DNA of 50,391 nucleotides. Origin: Bdellovibrio sp. GTDB lineage: Bacteria > Bdellovibrionota > Bdellovibrionia > Bdellovibrionales > Bdellovibrionaceae. This document shows positions 1-10,693 of the stretch, in pieces; the first letter of the stretch is position 1; every line of letters begins with the position of its first letter. Below the pieces are notes generated by a model. That model was not told where the DNA came from, made no database searches, and saw nothing but the letters and a program-made list of their open reading frames with translations. Both the position numbers and the translations under genes were made by a program. Location: the NCBI GenBank assembly GCA_046318155.1, contig JBKCUU010000068.1, positions 1-50,391 of the forward strand, in the 5' to 3' direction.

Positions 1-808
1 CCTTCAGCCACTCGGCCACCTCTCCGCTGCAGAACAGGGTTCGAAACTAGTCTAGGAAGGCGGCTCAAGCAACGGCAGGGCGCTTGACGACAAGCGCTAT
101 CTCTTGAATCTCAGGCTTAGGTTTGCGCAGGATGCCTCCTGCCAGCTGGCTCGGTTTATCGGAGCTGACACAAGCGAGGTCGCCTTCTTTCAGACAACAG
201 CAGCGGCACTGTCACAGGCCGCAATGGGCATTCCTCTCGCATCCGGCGATGAAATTCTAACTTGGGATCAAGAATACCCTTCTAATTTTTACCCGTGGCG
301 AATGCCCGCCGAAAAATCTGGCGCAAAACTGATCCAAGTCGAATCTGAAAATTGGCTCACGCCTGCTCAAAAAATTTTGGACCGCGTGACGGCAAAAACA
401 AAAGTGATTGCCGTCTCATGGTCACAAGTGGCTCTGCTCAAATTACGGCGTTGGCTTTATGGCGGTCAAAAAAAGTCGAATGCAAGAAATGACGCCGATT
501 GAGGTCGGTGCCATGACTTACGGCGACCCCGACACGAAAAAGAGTTTTGAAATTCAGCCCAAAACAACTGCCGCCTTTCTAGTCGTCTCCGAAAAGGTCT
601 GCAGCAGCTGGGCTTCAAGACGTTTTGCACAGAGGGACCCATCGTCAGTTTCACGACAAGCGATCAAGACGTCTCGGTTTGCGCAAAAAAACTCAAAGAG
701 GCGCAATTTAGTTTTGCACTTCGCGGACCGGGGCTGCGCCTTTCGCTTCACGCATTTAACACGACTGCCGAAGTCGACACCGTTCTCGAGCTTTTGCGCC
801 CTGGCTAA
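1..808 (+). pseudogene. Degraded class V PLP-dependent aminotransferase / cysteine desulfurase-like gene
   Basis: Fragments in different frames: LARFIGADTSEVAF..GDEILTWDQEYPSNFYPW..TKVIAVSW, then GHKWL (PLP lysine), then LRLSLHAFNTTAEVD..stop at 806-808. The VDAxQ segment normally between VSW and GHKW is missing. The 5' end is uncertain. Confidence 0.75.
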
Positions 809-931
809 CCCTTGACGATCAGCTCGCGAGAGAGCTGCCAATTTGGCAGACGGTCCTGTCTTTTTTTCATTTGAGTGTGGCCCCCAACAGTCTTATCGCG
901 GCCATAGAGCCCAATGGCGTCTTTCGCAAAA

Positions 932-947
932 TGGCACAAATGGTGCT
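932..947 (+). promoter_or_regulatory. Putative sigma54 (-24/-12) promoter
   Basis: TGGCACAAATGGTGCT has GG-N10-GC spacing and one mismatch to TGGCAC-N5-TTGCW. It lies ~45 nt upstream of the ATG at 993. Confidence 0.5.
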
Positions 948-992
948 CATGCAGGGCCTGAGACCGAGAGGTCTTTTGCCCAAGGGGGGCAT

Positions 993-1196
993 ATGAAAAT
1001 GATGAATGAAGCGCTTCGCATGTTTTTAGCCGTGACCGCCTTGATCTTGACCGCGATGTTGACGAACCCGTCAGCAGAGACTCCAGGAGCAGGCCCACAA
1101 AACCAACCCAAGATGGCGAAAGCCAGCAAGAGTTCAAAGTCTGAACGGAAGTTGGCGTCGCACGATTTAAAATCAGCAAAAGTCGCCAGACGTTAA
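993..1196 (+). CDS. Small secreted or membrane-anchored basic hypothetical protein (67 aa)
   Basis: G-rich SD (AAGGGGGG) before the ATG at 993; hydrophobic N-terminus FLAVTALILTAML; Lys/Ser-rich tail. Confidence 0.55.
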   Translation: MKMMNEALRMFLAVTALILTAMLTNPSAETPGAGPQNQPKMAKASKSSKSERKLASHDLKSAKVARR

Positions 1197-1209
1197 GAAC
1201 TTTCAAAGT

Positions 1210-1825
1210 TTAGAATGAATAAGAAGTGCCCACCAGCATCGTAAACACGTTCACGACTTTGGGGACCACTTCATAAGCTTGGTTGATGCGCTGAACGCTG
1301 CGCCCTCGCCCGCCGGTGTAGTAGCCACCAAACGTGTATTCAATGTTTTCGGACCGTAAGGCCAGCATCGGGCCCAAGACCGAAACATCAAAGGCCCACG
1401 TCGATTGATTTTTCACGACGTGCGCAAGACCCAGGGCGATCCTCCACGGAATTCGCGCATGGGTTGAAATCCCGCGCTCTGAAACGGGAGGCTGAATCGC
1501 CCCGTTCGAGATGGTGGTTTGCGTAACTTCGGCTTCACCGGACACGTGCATCGACGGCAATCGAGTGCTGAGGCCCAACTTCCAGTGAGGACCGATGTCC
1601 TTGTGATAACCGACGATGGCAACCAGGGCATTTTGGGTCAGGTTGCGCTCTTCGGTAAAGATTTCGGATTGGGTTGGACTCACATTCGATCATGGCGGTC
1701 GCGGCCCCGCCCATTCCGGCAGCTTGATCCCCAATCAAAATCGAATTGCCATTTGAAAAATTGCCCCGAGCGTGAACCGCCCAGAACAAAAATGCACAAG
1801 AGAAGATGAGTTTAACGTGCGGCAT
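1210..1825 (-). pseudogene. Deleted and frameshifted FadL/OmpP1-like outer-membrane transporter
   Basis: Signal peptide + IGDQAAGMGGAATA (FadL N-terminal signature) in one frame; beta-strand-rich C-terminal part ending in TSYSF in another. The total is ~200 aa, about half the usual size. Confidence 0.65.
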
Positions 1826-2555
1826 TTGCGATGGAGAGAAACGAATCGACTTCGAGCGAAGCGCCGCCCACTAAAAAACCATTGACGTGAGGAATCGTGA
1901 TCAAGGTTCGGGCATTATCCGGTTTCACGCTGCCGCCGTAAAGCAAGGGTGTCTCTTTTGAAAATCCCATCAACAGCAATTGATTATACAAAAACTGATG
2001 AGCTTCTTGAACTTGCTCGGGACCTGCAACTTTTCCGGTTCCGATGGCCCAAACCGGTTCATAGGCAATGGCCAGTGGTTTGGTTTTATCAGCCAGACTC
2101 AGACCTTGCTGAAGTTGGCGCTTTAAGACATCAAAGGTTTTCGCACCTTCGCGCTCTTGCAAAGTTTCGCCGAGACAAAGCATGGGCGTGAGCCCGAGGT
2201 CTTGCGCCTTCTTCACTTTTTTTGCACAAAGCTCATCGCTCTCGGCAAAAATTGAACGGCGCTCGCTGTGGCCAACCAGAACCCACTTGGCACCCATCGA
2301 TTGCACGACCGCGGCCGAGTTTTCACCGGTGAAAGCACCCTTGTCTTCGGAATAGCAATTCTGGGCTCCCCACTGCGCGGGATCTGCCACCAACTCTAGA
2401 GAAGCGGCCTCAAGCGAAATTGCGCTTGGAAAGAAAACGACTTGCACTTGCTGGGACCCCAGCGAAACAGCTTTGTCTCTCCATTCTTTAAAAAAAATGC
2501 GGGTTTCAGCGGGTGACTTGTGCAACTTCCAGTTGGCAGCAAAGATCTTTTTCAC
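1812..2555 (-). CDS. tpiA: Triosephosphate isomerase
   Basis: ANWK, GAFTGE, GHSERR, AYEPVWAIGTG, YGGSV and LVGGASL motifs. Confidence 0.98.
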   Translation of the reverse strand: MKKIFAANWKLHKSPAETRIFFKEWRDKAVSLGSQQVQVVFFPSAISLEAASLELVADPAQWGAQNCYSEDKGAFTGENSAAVVQSMGAKWVLVGHSERRSIFAESDELCAKKVKKAQDLGLTPMLCLGETLQEREGAKTFDVLKRQLQQGLSLADKTKPLAIAYEPVWAIGTGKVAGPEQVQEAHQFLYNQLLLMGFSKETPLLYGGSVKPDNARTLITIPHVNGFLVGGASLEVDSFLSIANAAR

Positions 2556-3766
2556 GGTGATTCCTTGCGGATTTTCTCGCGCAAAACTTCAAGGCCTGGG
2601 AGCTTGTCACCTTGCAAGTATTCGAGGCTCGCGCCCCCGCCCGTCGAGATATGAGTCATCTTGTCGGCATAACCCGACTGCTCGGCGGCGGCTGCGGAAT
2701 CTCCGCCGCCCACAATGCGAAACGCCTCGGCATTGTCAGCAACAGCTTTGGCAATGGCAAAGGTCCCTTCGGCAAAGGCGGGTTTTTCAAACACGCCCAT
2801 GGGGCCATTCCAAAAAATTGTCTTGGCTTCACGAATCGCGGCTCTAAACTGTGTGACGGTTTGGGGGCCGATGTCGATCCCCATCAGGTCTTCATCAATA
2901 CCTTGACCCGATGTTGTTTTGCACAGGGTGCTGTTAAAATCAGGTGTGACTTTGTGATCCACTGGCAACAGCAGAGTTTTGTCGCGGGCTTCGATCCGTG
3001 CCATCAGCTCACGCGCGTAGTGGAGCTTGTCGGTCTCGACCAGTGATTTGCCAATGGGTAAACCTTTAGCTTTCAAAAAGGTGTAGGCCATCGCGCCGCC
3101 GATCAGAATGGCGTCGACCCGGTCGATGAGGTTTTCGATCACGTCAATTTTATCGCTGACTTTTGAACCACCCAAGATCGCGACGTAAGGACGGGCGGGG
3201 TTGACCAGAAGCTGATCCAGCATTTTGATTTCTTTTTCGATCAAGAGACCGATGCCGCGTTGTTTGATCAAACGGGGCAAGGCCTCGATCGTGGCGTGCG
3301 CCCGGTGAGACGCACCGAAAGCATCATTGATGTAGAGATCCGTGAAGCTCGCTAGTTTCTGGGCGTACTCCTCCGAATTCTCGGTCTCACCTTTTTCAAA
3401 GCGAACGTTCTCGAGCAGAATGAGCTGGTTCTTTTTGAGCGAACCTAAGATCGTCTTCATCGCCTCAGTGTCAGGATTCTCGGCCAAGATGACTTCCATG
3501 TTGAGCAACCCACTCAGACGCTCGGCCACAGGCTCAAGACTAAACTGCTTGTCATCTGAATTTTTGGGCCGACCCAAGTGCGAGGCCATCACGATCTTAG
3601 CGCCTTTTTCAATGGCATATTGAATCGTGGGAAGCGAGGCTGTGATTCGCGTTTCGTCGGAGATGGTTCCCTTATCAAGAGGAACATTCAGATCCAAGCG
3701 CAGAAACAAAGTTTTTCCGGCCAGTTCAAAATCACGAATCGTTTTAATGCCTCGAAGTCCCGCCAT
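2552..3766 (-). CDS. pgk: Phosphoglycerate kinase
   Basis: [39 protein letters not shown] and [11 protein letters not shown] motifs. Confidence 0.98.
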   Translation of the reverse strand: MAGLRGIKTIRDFELAGKTLFLRLDLNVPLDKGTISDETRITASLPTIQYAIEKGAKIVMASHLGRPKNSDDKQFSLEPVAERLSGLLNMEVILAENPDTEAMKTILGSLKKNQLILLENVRFEKGETENSEEYAQKLASFTDLYINDAFGASHRAHATIEALPRLIKQRGIGLLIEKEIKMLDQLLVNPARPYVAILGGSKVSDKIDVIENLIDRVDAILIGGAMAYTFLKAKGLPIGKSLVETDKLHYARELMARIEARDKTLLLPVDHKVTPDFNSTLCKTTSGQGIDEDLMGIDIGPQTVTQFRAAIREAKTIFWNGPMGVFEKPAFAEGTFAIAKAVADNAEAFRIVGGGDSAAAAEQSGYADKMTHISTGGGASLEYLQGDKLPGLEVLREKIRKESP

Positions 3767-3768
3767 TT

Positions 3769-4773
3769 TTAGAGTCCCTTTTCGGCCATGTATTTGGCCA
3801 AGTCGATCATTCGATTCGAAAAACCAGTTTCGTTGTCATACCAAGAAAGCACCTTGGCCGTTTTGCCGCCCACGACCATCGTCGTGGCCGCATCGACGAT
3901 CGAGCTCAGTTTATTGCCGTTGTAATCAATACTGACGAGCTCTTTGGTCTCAACGCCAAGAACACCTTTGAGAGAGCCCTTTGAAGCATGGGTCAAAGCG
4001 GCGTTGATGCTTTCAACTGTCATGTCTTTTTGTGAGTTGAAAGTGAAATCAACCAAGCTGACGTTCGGCGTAGGAACCCGAACCGACATGCCGTCGATCT
4101 TGCCTTTGAGTTCAGGCAAAACCAAACCAACGGCTTTGGCTGCACCCGTGCTGGTGGGGATCATCGAGGCGGCCGCAGACCGGGCTCGGCGCAAATCGCT
4201 GTGGGGCGCATCCAAAATGCGTTGATCATTGGTGTACGAGTGAATGGTCATCATCGTTCCATTCACGATGCCAAAATTTTCGTGCAAAATTTTAGCGAGA
4301 GGAGCCAAGCAGTTGGTCGTACACGAGGCGTTTGAAATGACGGTGTGTTTGGTTTTATCGTAAGACTCGTGATTCACACCGTAAACAAAGGTGGCATCTG
4401 CACCATCAGCGGGAGCCGAAACCATCACGCGTTTTGCCCCGGCCTTGATGTGCAGCATGAAGTCTTCTTTTTTCTTAAAGGCACCCGTACACTCAAGCAC
4501 CAAATCAACGCCCATGTCTTTCCACGGAATGTCGGCGGGATTTCTGTGTGCAGAGACGGGAATTTTACGGCCATTGACGATCAGGTTTTTTTCGTCGTGC
4601 GAAACGTCGGCATTAAAGATGCCGTGACTGCTGTCGTATTTAAGAAGATGGGTGACGCCAGCGAGTGAGTCGAGGCTGTTAATACCCACGATTTCGAGCT
4701 GCTCGAAACCCTCACGAAACAAAACGCGGCCGATTCGTCCAAAGCCATTAATGCCAACGCGAACTTTTGCCAT
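3769..4773 (-). CDS. gap: Type I glyceraldehyde-3-phosphate dehydrogenase
   Basis: GINGFGRIGR, ASCTTNCLAP and SWYDNE motifs. Start placed at MAKVRVG. Confidence 0.98.
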   Translation of the reverse strand: MAKVRVGINGFGRIGRVLFREGFEQLEIVGINSLDSLAGVTHLLKYDSSHGIFNADVSHDEKNLIVNGRKIPVSAHRNPADIPWKDMGVDLVLECTGAFKKKEDFMLHIKAGAKRVMVSAPADGADATFVYGVNHESYDKTKHTVISNASCTTNCLAPLAKILHENFGIVNGTMMTIHSYTNDQRILDAPHSDLRRARSAAASMIPTSTGAAKAVGLVLPELKGKIDGMSVRVPTPNVSLVDFTFNSQKDMTVESINAALTHASKGSLKGVLGVETKELVSIDYNGNKLSSIVDAATTMVVGGKTAKVLSWYDNETGFSNRMIDLAKYMAEKGL

Positions 4774-4808
4774 GCAAACCACCCTTTTTTATGAGCGGTG
4801 AGAATGCA

Positions 4809-5576
4809 TCACCATTTCAATTTAGGGAAGACATGACGCGCGTTTTCGTTCGTCTGACGGTCGAGTTCCTCACGCGTAATTCCATGCAGTTTGGCGACAA
4901 AATCAGCCGTATGGGTCACAAACGCCGGGGTGTTTTTTCGCCCCCTGAGCGGCACGGGAGTTAAAAACGGAGAATCCGTCTCGACATGCAGGCGGTCTAA
5001 AGGTGTTGCCTTGCAGGTGGCCTGCAGCTCAGCCGCATTTTTGAAGGTCACGATCCCGCTGTAAGAAATATTCAGCCCTAAATCCAGGCACTGCCGCGCG
5101 AGCTGGGGTGAGCCCGTAAAACAATGAATGACACCAGTCACTTGGCCTTTGAAGTCTTGCAAAATCTCGACGGTGTCGGCTTCGGCATCGCGGGTGTGAA
5201 TTTGTACCGGCATTTTGTGCTGGACCGAAATCTCGAGCTGCCGGCGAAACGCCTGTTTTTGCTCGAGGACGGGCGATTGATTGTAATAGTAATCAAGGCC
5301 GATCTCCCCGACCGCAACGACGTGCGGGAGCGGCAAATGCTTGTTTAAAAAATCGCCGACCTCTTCGGTCCAAACAGCCCCATGGTGCGGGTGAATCCCC
5401 AGCGTACAAGCGACAACAGGAAAATACTTTTCGGCGATCCCTAAAACGATTGGAAAATCGGGAGGCTCGGTGCCGATCGTGATCATGCGGCTCACGCCGG
5501 CTTCTTGCGCCAAGCGGATGGTGTCGTCGTGTGACGTCTCGAGCATGTCAAAATGAGAGTGGATGTCGATCAGCAC
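4809..5576 (-). CDS. tatD: TatD family DNase
   Basis: DIHSH, GIHPH, GEIGLDY, IHTRDA, IHCFTG and ETDSPFL motifs. Confidence 0.95.
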   Translation of the reverse strand: MLIDIHSHFDMLETSHDDTIRLAQEAGVSRMITIGTEPPDFPIVLGIAEKYFPVVACTLGIHPHHGAVWTEEVGDFLNKHLPLPHVVAVGEIGLDYYYNQSPVLEQKQAFRRQLEISVQHKMPVQIHTRDAEADTVEILQDFKGQVTGVIHCFTGSPQLARQCLDLGLNISYSGIVTFKNAAELQATCKATPLDRLHVETDSPFLTPVPLRGRKNTPAFVTHTADFVAKLHGITREELDRQTNENARHVFPKLKW

Positions 5577-6529
5577 GAGCGGCCCTCTCGGCGCGAGAGG
5601 ATCCAGAACTCCTCAAAGCTGAGCTGCGGATCACGCTGAGCCGAGAGTCCAAATTCGAGTTCCAGCGCCAGGCGCATCAGCCGCGCGAGCTTTTCAGTGG
5701 GAAGTGCCGCCAAAGCCGCCAGACCTTGCTTTTGGTCGGAGTTAAACAGGCGGTGCGTTTCTCCCGCCTGAAACATCATCGCGTCGCGAAAGGCCATGAT
5801 CCAGTAGCGCGCAAGACTCAAGAGCGAGCCGCGGTCTTTCATCCATTCACGCGACTCGGGCTCTAAAAAAATAGGCTCGTCTTTGTTCCACTTCGACAAA
5901 ATTTGCCACGCCTGAGCGCGCAGCTTAACTTCGCCAGGATTCAAAAAAGCGTCCAGCCGTTCAAAACTTCCGAGTGCAGATTGCACCGCCCATTCAGGCG
6001 CCGGGCGCTCCGAGCGCAAATCCGCTTCGGTCAAAGAGCCAAAACGAACAATTTGCGAGCGAGATCGCAGCGTGGGAAGCACATGGCGAGCCGACGGAGC
6101 AATCAGAAAGAAATAACTATTTTCGGGCGGCTCTTCTAAGATTTTGAGCAGCGCATTTCCGGCTTGCGCGTTCAGATTATGCGCGCCATCGATGATCACG
6201 ATGCGGGCGTTTGAAATCGCACGCAGAGAAAGAAAATCCAAAATCTCTCGAGACTGCTCAATTTTGATTTGCGTTTTTTCGGCCGAGACAACCCGAACGG
6301 CTTCAGACACCCCTTGTGCCACTCGCAAACAAGGACCGCACTCGCCGCAAGCGAGGCTCGACCTCTCACAAACCAGCGCTTGAGCAAGACCCTTCGCTAC
6401 TTTTCTTCGTCCGACGCCCGAAGGGCCGACAAACAAAAACGTCGACGGAAGCTGTTTGTTTTGAAGCGAGCTCAAAAGCCGCTCGATCAGTTGTTGATTG
6501 CCGCGGATCGAACTTAGGAGACGAGCCAT
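5570..6529 (-). CDS. holB: DNA polymerase III subunit delta'
   Basis: GPSGVGR, Zn motif C..CGECGPC, NALLKILEEPP, PTLRSR; tmk-holB-tatD order. Confidence 0.93.
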   Translation of the reverse strand: MARLLSSIRGNQQLIERLLSSLQNKQLPSTFLFVGPSGVGRRKVAKGLAQALVCERSSLACGECGPCLRVAQGVSEAVRVVSAEKTQIKIEQSREILDFLSLRAISNARIVIIDGAHNLNAQAGNALLKILEEPPENSYFFLIAPSARHVLPTLRSRSQIVRFGSLTEADLRSERPAPEWAVQSALGSFERLDAFLNPGEVKLRAQAWQILSKWNKDEPIFLEPESREWMKDRGSLLSLARYWIMAFRDAMMFQAGETHRLFNSDQKQGLAALAALPTEKLARLMRLALELEFGLSAQRDPQLSFEEFWILSRREGRSC

Positions 6530-7152
6530 CGGCGCCTCCGCATTTCGGTCATGAGCACTGTCAAAAGTGCTTCGGGCGGCTGGGCGGCGTTGAGCACCAA
6601 CCAGCTCGAGGGATCTTGTTCGGCCTGTTTTAAAAAAGCCTGACGAACGCGCTCATGAAAATGGTCGGCTTCGGACTCGATGCGATCAGCGACGGCGCCG
6701 CCCGTCGACTCGCGCTGATTGCGGCGCCGGCGAGACTCTTCGACCGAGAGATCAAGCAAAACCGTGAGCTCCGGCTTCAAACCATCGGTTGCAAAGTCAT
6801 TCAGGCGCACGACCCAGTCTGCAGAAATTTGCCGACCACCGGCTTGAAACGCGATTGAGCTCGCCGAAAAGCGGTCGCATAACACCCAATCCCCGCGGGC
6901 GATCGCAGGCTTGATGACTTGATCCACGTGCTGGGCTCTGCTGGCTTCATAAAGAAGAAGTTCGGTTCGCGCCGTGGGAGCCGAGCTCGACGGGCGCAAA
7001 ATCAGTTCGCGGATTTCGTCTCCCAACGGGGTTCCACCGGGCTCGCGCGTGCGCACAAACGGGAGGGCGCGGCCTTCGAGTTCTTTTTCGAGGGCTTTCA
7101 TGAGCGAACTTTTGCCAGAGCCGTCGAGCCCCTCAAAGACAAGAAAATGCAT
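6514..7152 (-). CDS. tmk: Thymidylate (dTMP) kinase
   Basis: FEGLDGSGKS, TREPGGT and LCDRF motifs. Confidence 0.97.
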   Translation of the reverse strand: MHFLVFEGLDGSGKSSLMKALEKELEGRALPFVRTREPGGTPLGDEIRELILRPSSSAPTARTELLLYEASRAQHVDQVIKPAIARGDWVLCDRFSASSIAFQAGGRQISADWVVRLNDFATDGLKPELTVLLDLSVEESRRRRNQRESTGGAVADRIESEADHFHERVRQAFLKQAEQDPSSWLVLNAAQPPEALLTVLMTEMRRRRWLVS

Positions 7153-7183
7153 CTCTTTGAGGTGCCTTCGGGCCCTCTTGATG

Positions 7184-8221
7184 TCACGGATTTTTGGCTG
7201 GAGGGAGACTCTTGTCCGCTTGCGGCAAAACGCTTGGCTCAGCTTTATCCGGAAGCGCCATCAGACGCCCCGTGAGGTAATCGACGGGCGCCGCCGGCAG
7301 CATTTTGGCTTCGACCAACTGACGGACCGCGGTCGGCCAGGTGCCCTTGCGGTGTTCATAAAGCCGGCAGGCCAAGCGTAGACGAAAGACTTGCAGACGG
7401 TTAATTTCGGTTTTCATCCCGTCCATGTCCTGTTCGCGCCACAGACTTTTAAAGAGATCTAAAGCTTTGGGCTTCTCGCCGGGAATTTGCGCCAGCGCTT
7501 TTTCGACCGAGAGGTAGGGGTCTTTTTGAATTTTAAGCGCGACTTTCTCGACCAGATTGGGCGTCGGACCCAGCATGCGGCGACCTTCGGTCAGAATCAT
7601 TCGGTCCACGGGCCAAGGCGTTCTTAAACCCAACATCCACTTCAGCCAAAGCTCATCTTCGACCATGGCAGCGCCGTGCTTTCTTTCGGTCCGCTCGAGT
7701 TCATCGAGCAGAAGCGAGCGCACAAGCCCGCTGACTTTTAGACCCATCAACGAGGCCTCATTGTAAGGCAGATCTGCGGCAAATTGAAACCACACGCTGG
7801 CTTCATCTTTAATGCGCGAAAGGTTGGGCTTTGGATTGACGCTCGCCTGCGCCCAATGGCGCATCCGCAGGAGTGAAAGCTGTAGCAAGTTGATCAAGTT
7901 GCTCAGAACCGTTTCGTCTTCGATTTCGGCCCGCGCAAAACTGGCGTTATCGCGCACGAGATTGCGAAAATCCCGCATCAAATCGCGGTTGATCTTTTCG
8001 AGCTCGCTCACTTTTTTTGTCGTCAGCGTGGACTCATCTTTAAGGCTGTCTTTGTAGAGCTGCGAGATCTGCGAACCCTTGCTGAGCTTGTCGCCAAATT
8101 CTTTAAGACTGGGCTTCAAATGCGGCGCAGGAGCTTCTTGAGCCTGAGAAGTCTGCAGGCCGCGGATGCCGAAGAAAAAAGAGAAAGCCAGCGTGAGAGC
8201 TAAAAATCGACGCAAGATCAT
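7184..8221 (-). CDS. Secreted helical hypothetical protein with a GspG-like C-terminal motif
   Basis: Signal peptide MILRRFLALTLAFSFFF; C-terminal LYEHRKGTWP..QLV...LPAAPVDYLTG. Confidence 0.75.
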   Translation of the reverse strand: MILRRFLALTLAFSFFFGIRGLQTSQAQEAPAPHLKPSLKEFGDKLSKGSQISQLYKDSLKDESTLTTKKVSELEKINRDLMRDFRNLVRDNASFARAEIEDETVLSNLINLLQLSLLRMRHWAQASVNPKPNLSRIKDEASVWFQFAADLPYNEASLMGLKVSGLVRSLLLDELERTERKHGAAMVEDELWLKWMLGLRTPWPVDRMILTEGRRMLGPTPNLVEKVALKIQKDPYLSVEKALAQIPGEKPKALDLFKSLWREQDMDGMKTEINRLQVFRLRLACRLYEHRKGTWPTAVRQLVEAKMLPAAPVDYLTGRLMALPDKAEPSVLPQADKSLPPAKNP

Positions 8222-8365
8222 CCAAATCAGGATAACGTGGCATCTGGGCCCCGGCGAATTCATTCCAGATTGCGCAAGGCGTAATAACTTGAGAAAAAGT
8301 GTAGACGTCGCTCGCTGGGTCCCATAATTTTCAACGTTTAGATTACCCTACTAGGAGAACCAGAA

Positions 8366-8749
8366 ATGGAAACACTCGTTGCCGTTATTCACATCATTGT
8401 TGCCCTTGTCCTCATCGTCTTGATTTTGGTTCAAGATAGCAAATCGGGATCTTTGGGTGGCGCTTTTGGTGGCGGCGGTTCGGGTTCGGTTTTTGGCGCA
8501 ACGGGGGCTGCGACTTTGGCGCAAAAGTTGACTCGTTATGCAGCGGTCGTTTTTGCTGCGACTTGCATTATGCTAACTATTTTTGCTTCGCGCTCGCACC
8601 GTTCGGTCATCGACAATGTCGTGACGAACGCAGGCGCAGCAGGACCGGCTCAAACAACAACAACAATTCCCGCAACGACTGAATCCGCTCCGGCCACGAC
8701 TCAAGCTCCGGCTGCACCGGCGGCGCCCGCAGCTCCTGCAACCAAGTAG
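8366..8749 (+). CDS. secG: Preprotein translocase subunit SecG
   Basis: LIVLILVQ..GGAFGGGGSGSVFG..LTR, two TM helices, Ala/Pro/Thr tail; SD AGGAG. Confidence 0.95.
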   Translation: METLVAVIHIIVALVLIVLILVQDSKSGSLGGAFGGGGSGSVFGATGAATLAQKLTRYAAVVFAATCIMLTIFASRSHRSVIDNVVTNAGAAGPAQTTTTIPATTESAPATTQAPAAPAAPAAPATK

Positions 8750-8762
8750 TGAGGCTGCCCGC

Positions 8763-9569
8763 GTGGAATCTCGCAAAAATCTTTTGGTTTGGGGATCCCT
8801 CGTTGTCGGCGTTGTGCTCATCCTGTTCTCATTTTACCTCGGCCGCACCGTTTCGGTTCCACTCAGCCCAACGCTAACTTTGGCACGTGCCGAACCCTTG
8901 ACCGGCGAGGCCTCGGTCTTACGTCATGGCATGACGGCCAAAGAAACGCTCAAACGCAAAATCTCTTTGGGGCATTTTGATTCGATCGAAACCCGAGATT
9001 TAGGCGAAGTGCGTTTGGATTTTGAAACGGCTTACCGCGTGCGAGTGAAAGAGCACAGTTTAATCACGCTTGAACGGGTTGAAGATCAAGATGGATTTCA
9101 CACCGTTTTGATTTTGAAGCGTGGACAAATCCAGGTCGAAAATTACGGCCGCGAGGGCGATCTTTTTATCGCTAAAAATGGCGAGCGCATCTCGGCCACT
9201 GATTACCAGGAGTCGCCTCTGGCCCAGGCGCAAGTCACGGAGGCTGAACCTTCGTCAGAGTGGACAAGCCCAGCTCCCGAAGGCACAGGACTCACCGAAA
9301 AAGAAGTTCAAGAAACGATGACCTCGCACCGCACTTCATTTTTAAAGTGCTACTCGGGGCTCTTACAAAAAGATGCGCAGGCCAAGGGCCAGGCGACGCT
9401 GACGTTTACGGTTGAGAATTCAGGAAAACTCAAGTCCGTTGAAGTGACCTCCTCAGATTTTCAACAAGAGGATTTCAAAAAGTGCCTGATCGAAGTGATG
9501 AACCGTGTGGAGTTCCGGCCGTTTGACGGCTCGCCAATCTCGACGTTATTCCCACTGAAGTTCGAATAG
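8763..9569 (+). CDS. AgmX/PglI (TonB-C-like) C-terminal domain membrane protein
   Basis: N-terminal TM; FecR-like middle; C-terminal FLKCY..GQATLTFTV..GK..KKCL..FRPF...FPLKFE. Confidence 0.8.
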   Translation: MESRKNLLVWGSLVVGVVLILFSFYLGRTVSVPLSPTLTLARAEPLTGEASVLRHGMTAKETLKRKISLGHFDSIETRDLGEVRLDFETAYRVRVKEHSLITLERVEDQDGFHTVLILKRGQIQVENYGREGDLFIAKNGERISATDYQESPLAQAQVTEAEPSSEWTSPAPEGTGLTEKEVQETMTSHRTSFLKCYSGLLQKDAQAKGQATLTFTVENSGKLKSVEVTSSDFQQEDFKKCLIEVMNRVEFRPFDGSPISTLFPLKFE

Positions 9570-9580
9570 GACGCGGATTT

Positions 9581-10654
9581 TTAGCGGTAGTCGTGGATGT
9601 AGTCGACTCGGTCTAAGACCCAAGGCTCGAATTGGCCTTCAAGATCGTAGACACGGCCGCTTTCGACACGGACTTCTTTTGGGGGCGCGACGCTGGGCTC
9701 AAAGCTCGATGGCATCAAACCTTTTTCGATGAAAAAGGGCATCAAGAGCGCGACCGATTTTTCGCTCAAAACATGCCGCCGGATCAGTTCATCTAAACTG
9801 CGAATCAACTCTTCGGGCGTATAACCGTAGTTGTAAATCATGTCCTGGGCAATCGTGTACAAATCATCCAGCGCGATGCGCGAGTCCTGAAACAAATCAA
9901 GCGCGACCTGAAATGTTTGGTACGTCGGCAAGGTCCGGCGGCCAAACTTAAGATAGTAGTCCGGATCCGTATCCACAGCCAGGTTGATGTAGATTTTTTC
10001 GACCGGATCCTGATGCGGAATTTGGGACTGCAACATCAAAATGCGGTCCACTTGCTCTCCCGTCACGGCAAAAGACTTTAAGACTGTTCGCAAATCTTGC
10101 GCGCCAATGCGGCGAGCGCAAATATCCGAGTACAAATTGTAAATGATCGCATCACTTTCAGAATCATCGCCCCAAAGAATTTGGCGAACATCATCTCGTA
10201 AATTGGTTCTGAGCTGAAGCAATGCCTGCAACTTAAATCCGACTTGCTTGGTCAGGCGCCACCAACGCTTGGGCCGAAGGTTGCGCAAATTGTCTTTGTA
10301 AAAGCAGCCCAGCGGTTTGAGTCCATCGAGCGCAAACTTTTCGAGGATCCGCTCTTCCATTTGGGGCGGCGAAGCCGTGATAAAAAAAATCGGAAAGCGC
10401 GACTGGCCCTGCTGCGAGGTCCAGGCTTTCGACAAGACCTGCAAAAGCGTGTTGGTGCCAGGCACATTTTTTTTGGCAAAGGCCCGCTCGACCGCTGCAT
10501 TAAAAAGGCCCGACAAAGAATCAATGGCCGTGTCGAGATAGGTCTTATCCAAGTCCCACACAAAGACCTCAGCCACGTTTTTGGCCGCGCCTTCCGGCAC
10601 ATACCGAAAGTAAACGACGTCGTCCGTAATTTGGCTGCGGTCTTTCCAGTCCAA
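9581..10654 (-). CDS. HAD-like phosphatase (App1/DUF2183-like)
   Basis: WDLDKT (DxDxT), ITASP and GDDSESD motifs; TTG start at 10654 preceded by SD AGGAGG. Confidence 0.8.
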   Translation of the reverse strand: MDWKDRSQITDDVVYFRYVPEGAAKNVAEVFVWDLDKTYLDTAIDSLSGLFNAAVERAFAKKNVPGTNTLLQVLSKAWTSQQGQSRFPIFFITASPPQMEERILEKFALDGLKPLGCFYKDNLRNLRPKRWWRLTKQVGFKLQALLQLRTNLRDDVRQILWGDDSESDAIIYNLYSDICARRIGAQDLRTVLKSFAVTGEQVDRILMLQSQIPHQDPVEKIYINLAVDTDPDYYLKFGRRTLPTYQTFQVALDLFQDSRIALDDLYTIAQDMIYNYGYTPEELIRSLDELIRRHVLSEKSVALLMPFFIEKGLMPSSFEPSVAPPKEVRVESGRVYDLEGQFEPWVLDRVDYIHDYR

Positions 10655-10693
10655 GGAGCCTCCTAAAAAGGCGTGTGGTGATTTGAACTCGGC

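Noticed and set aside
8366..8749. secG detached from tpiA, with a PAAPAA repeat tail
   Set aside because: Ordinary rearrangement and low-complexity tail. No tRNA follows.
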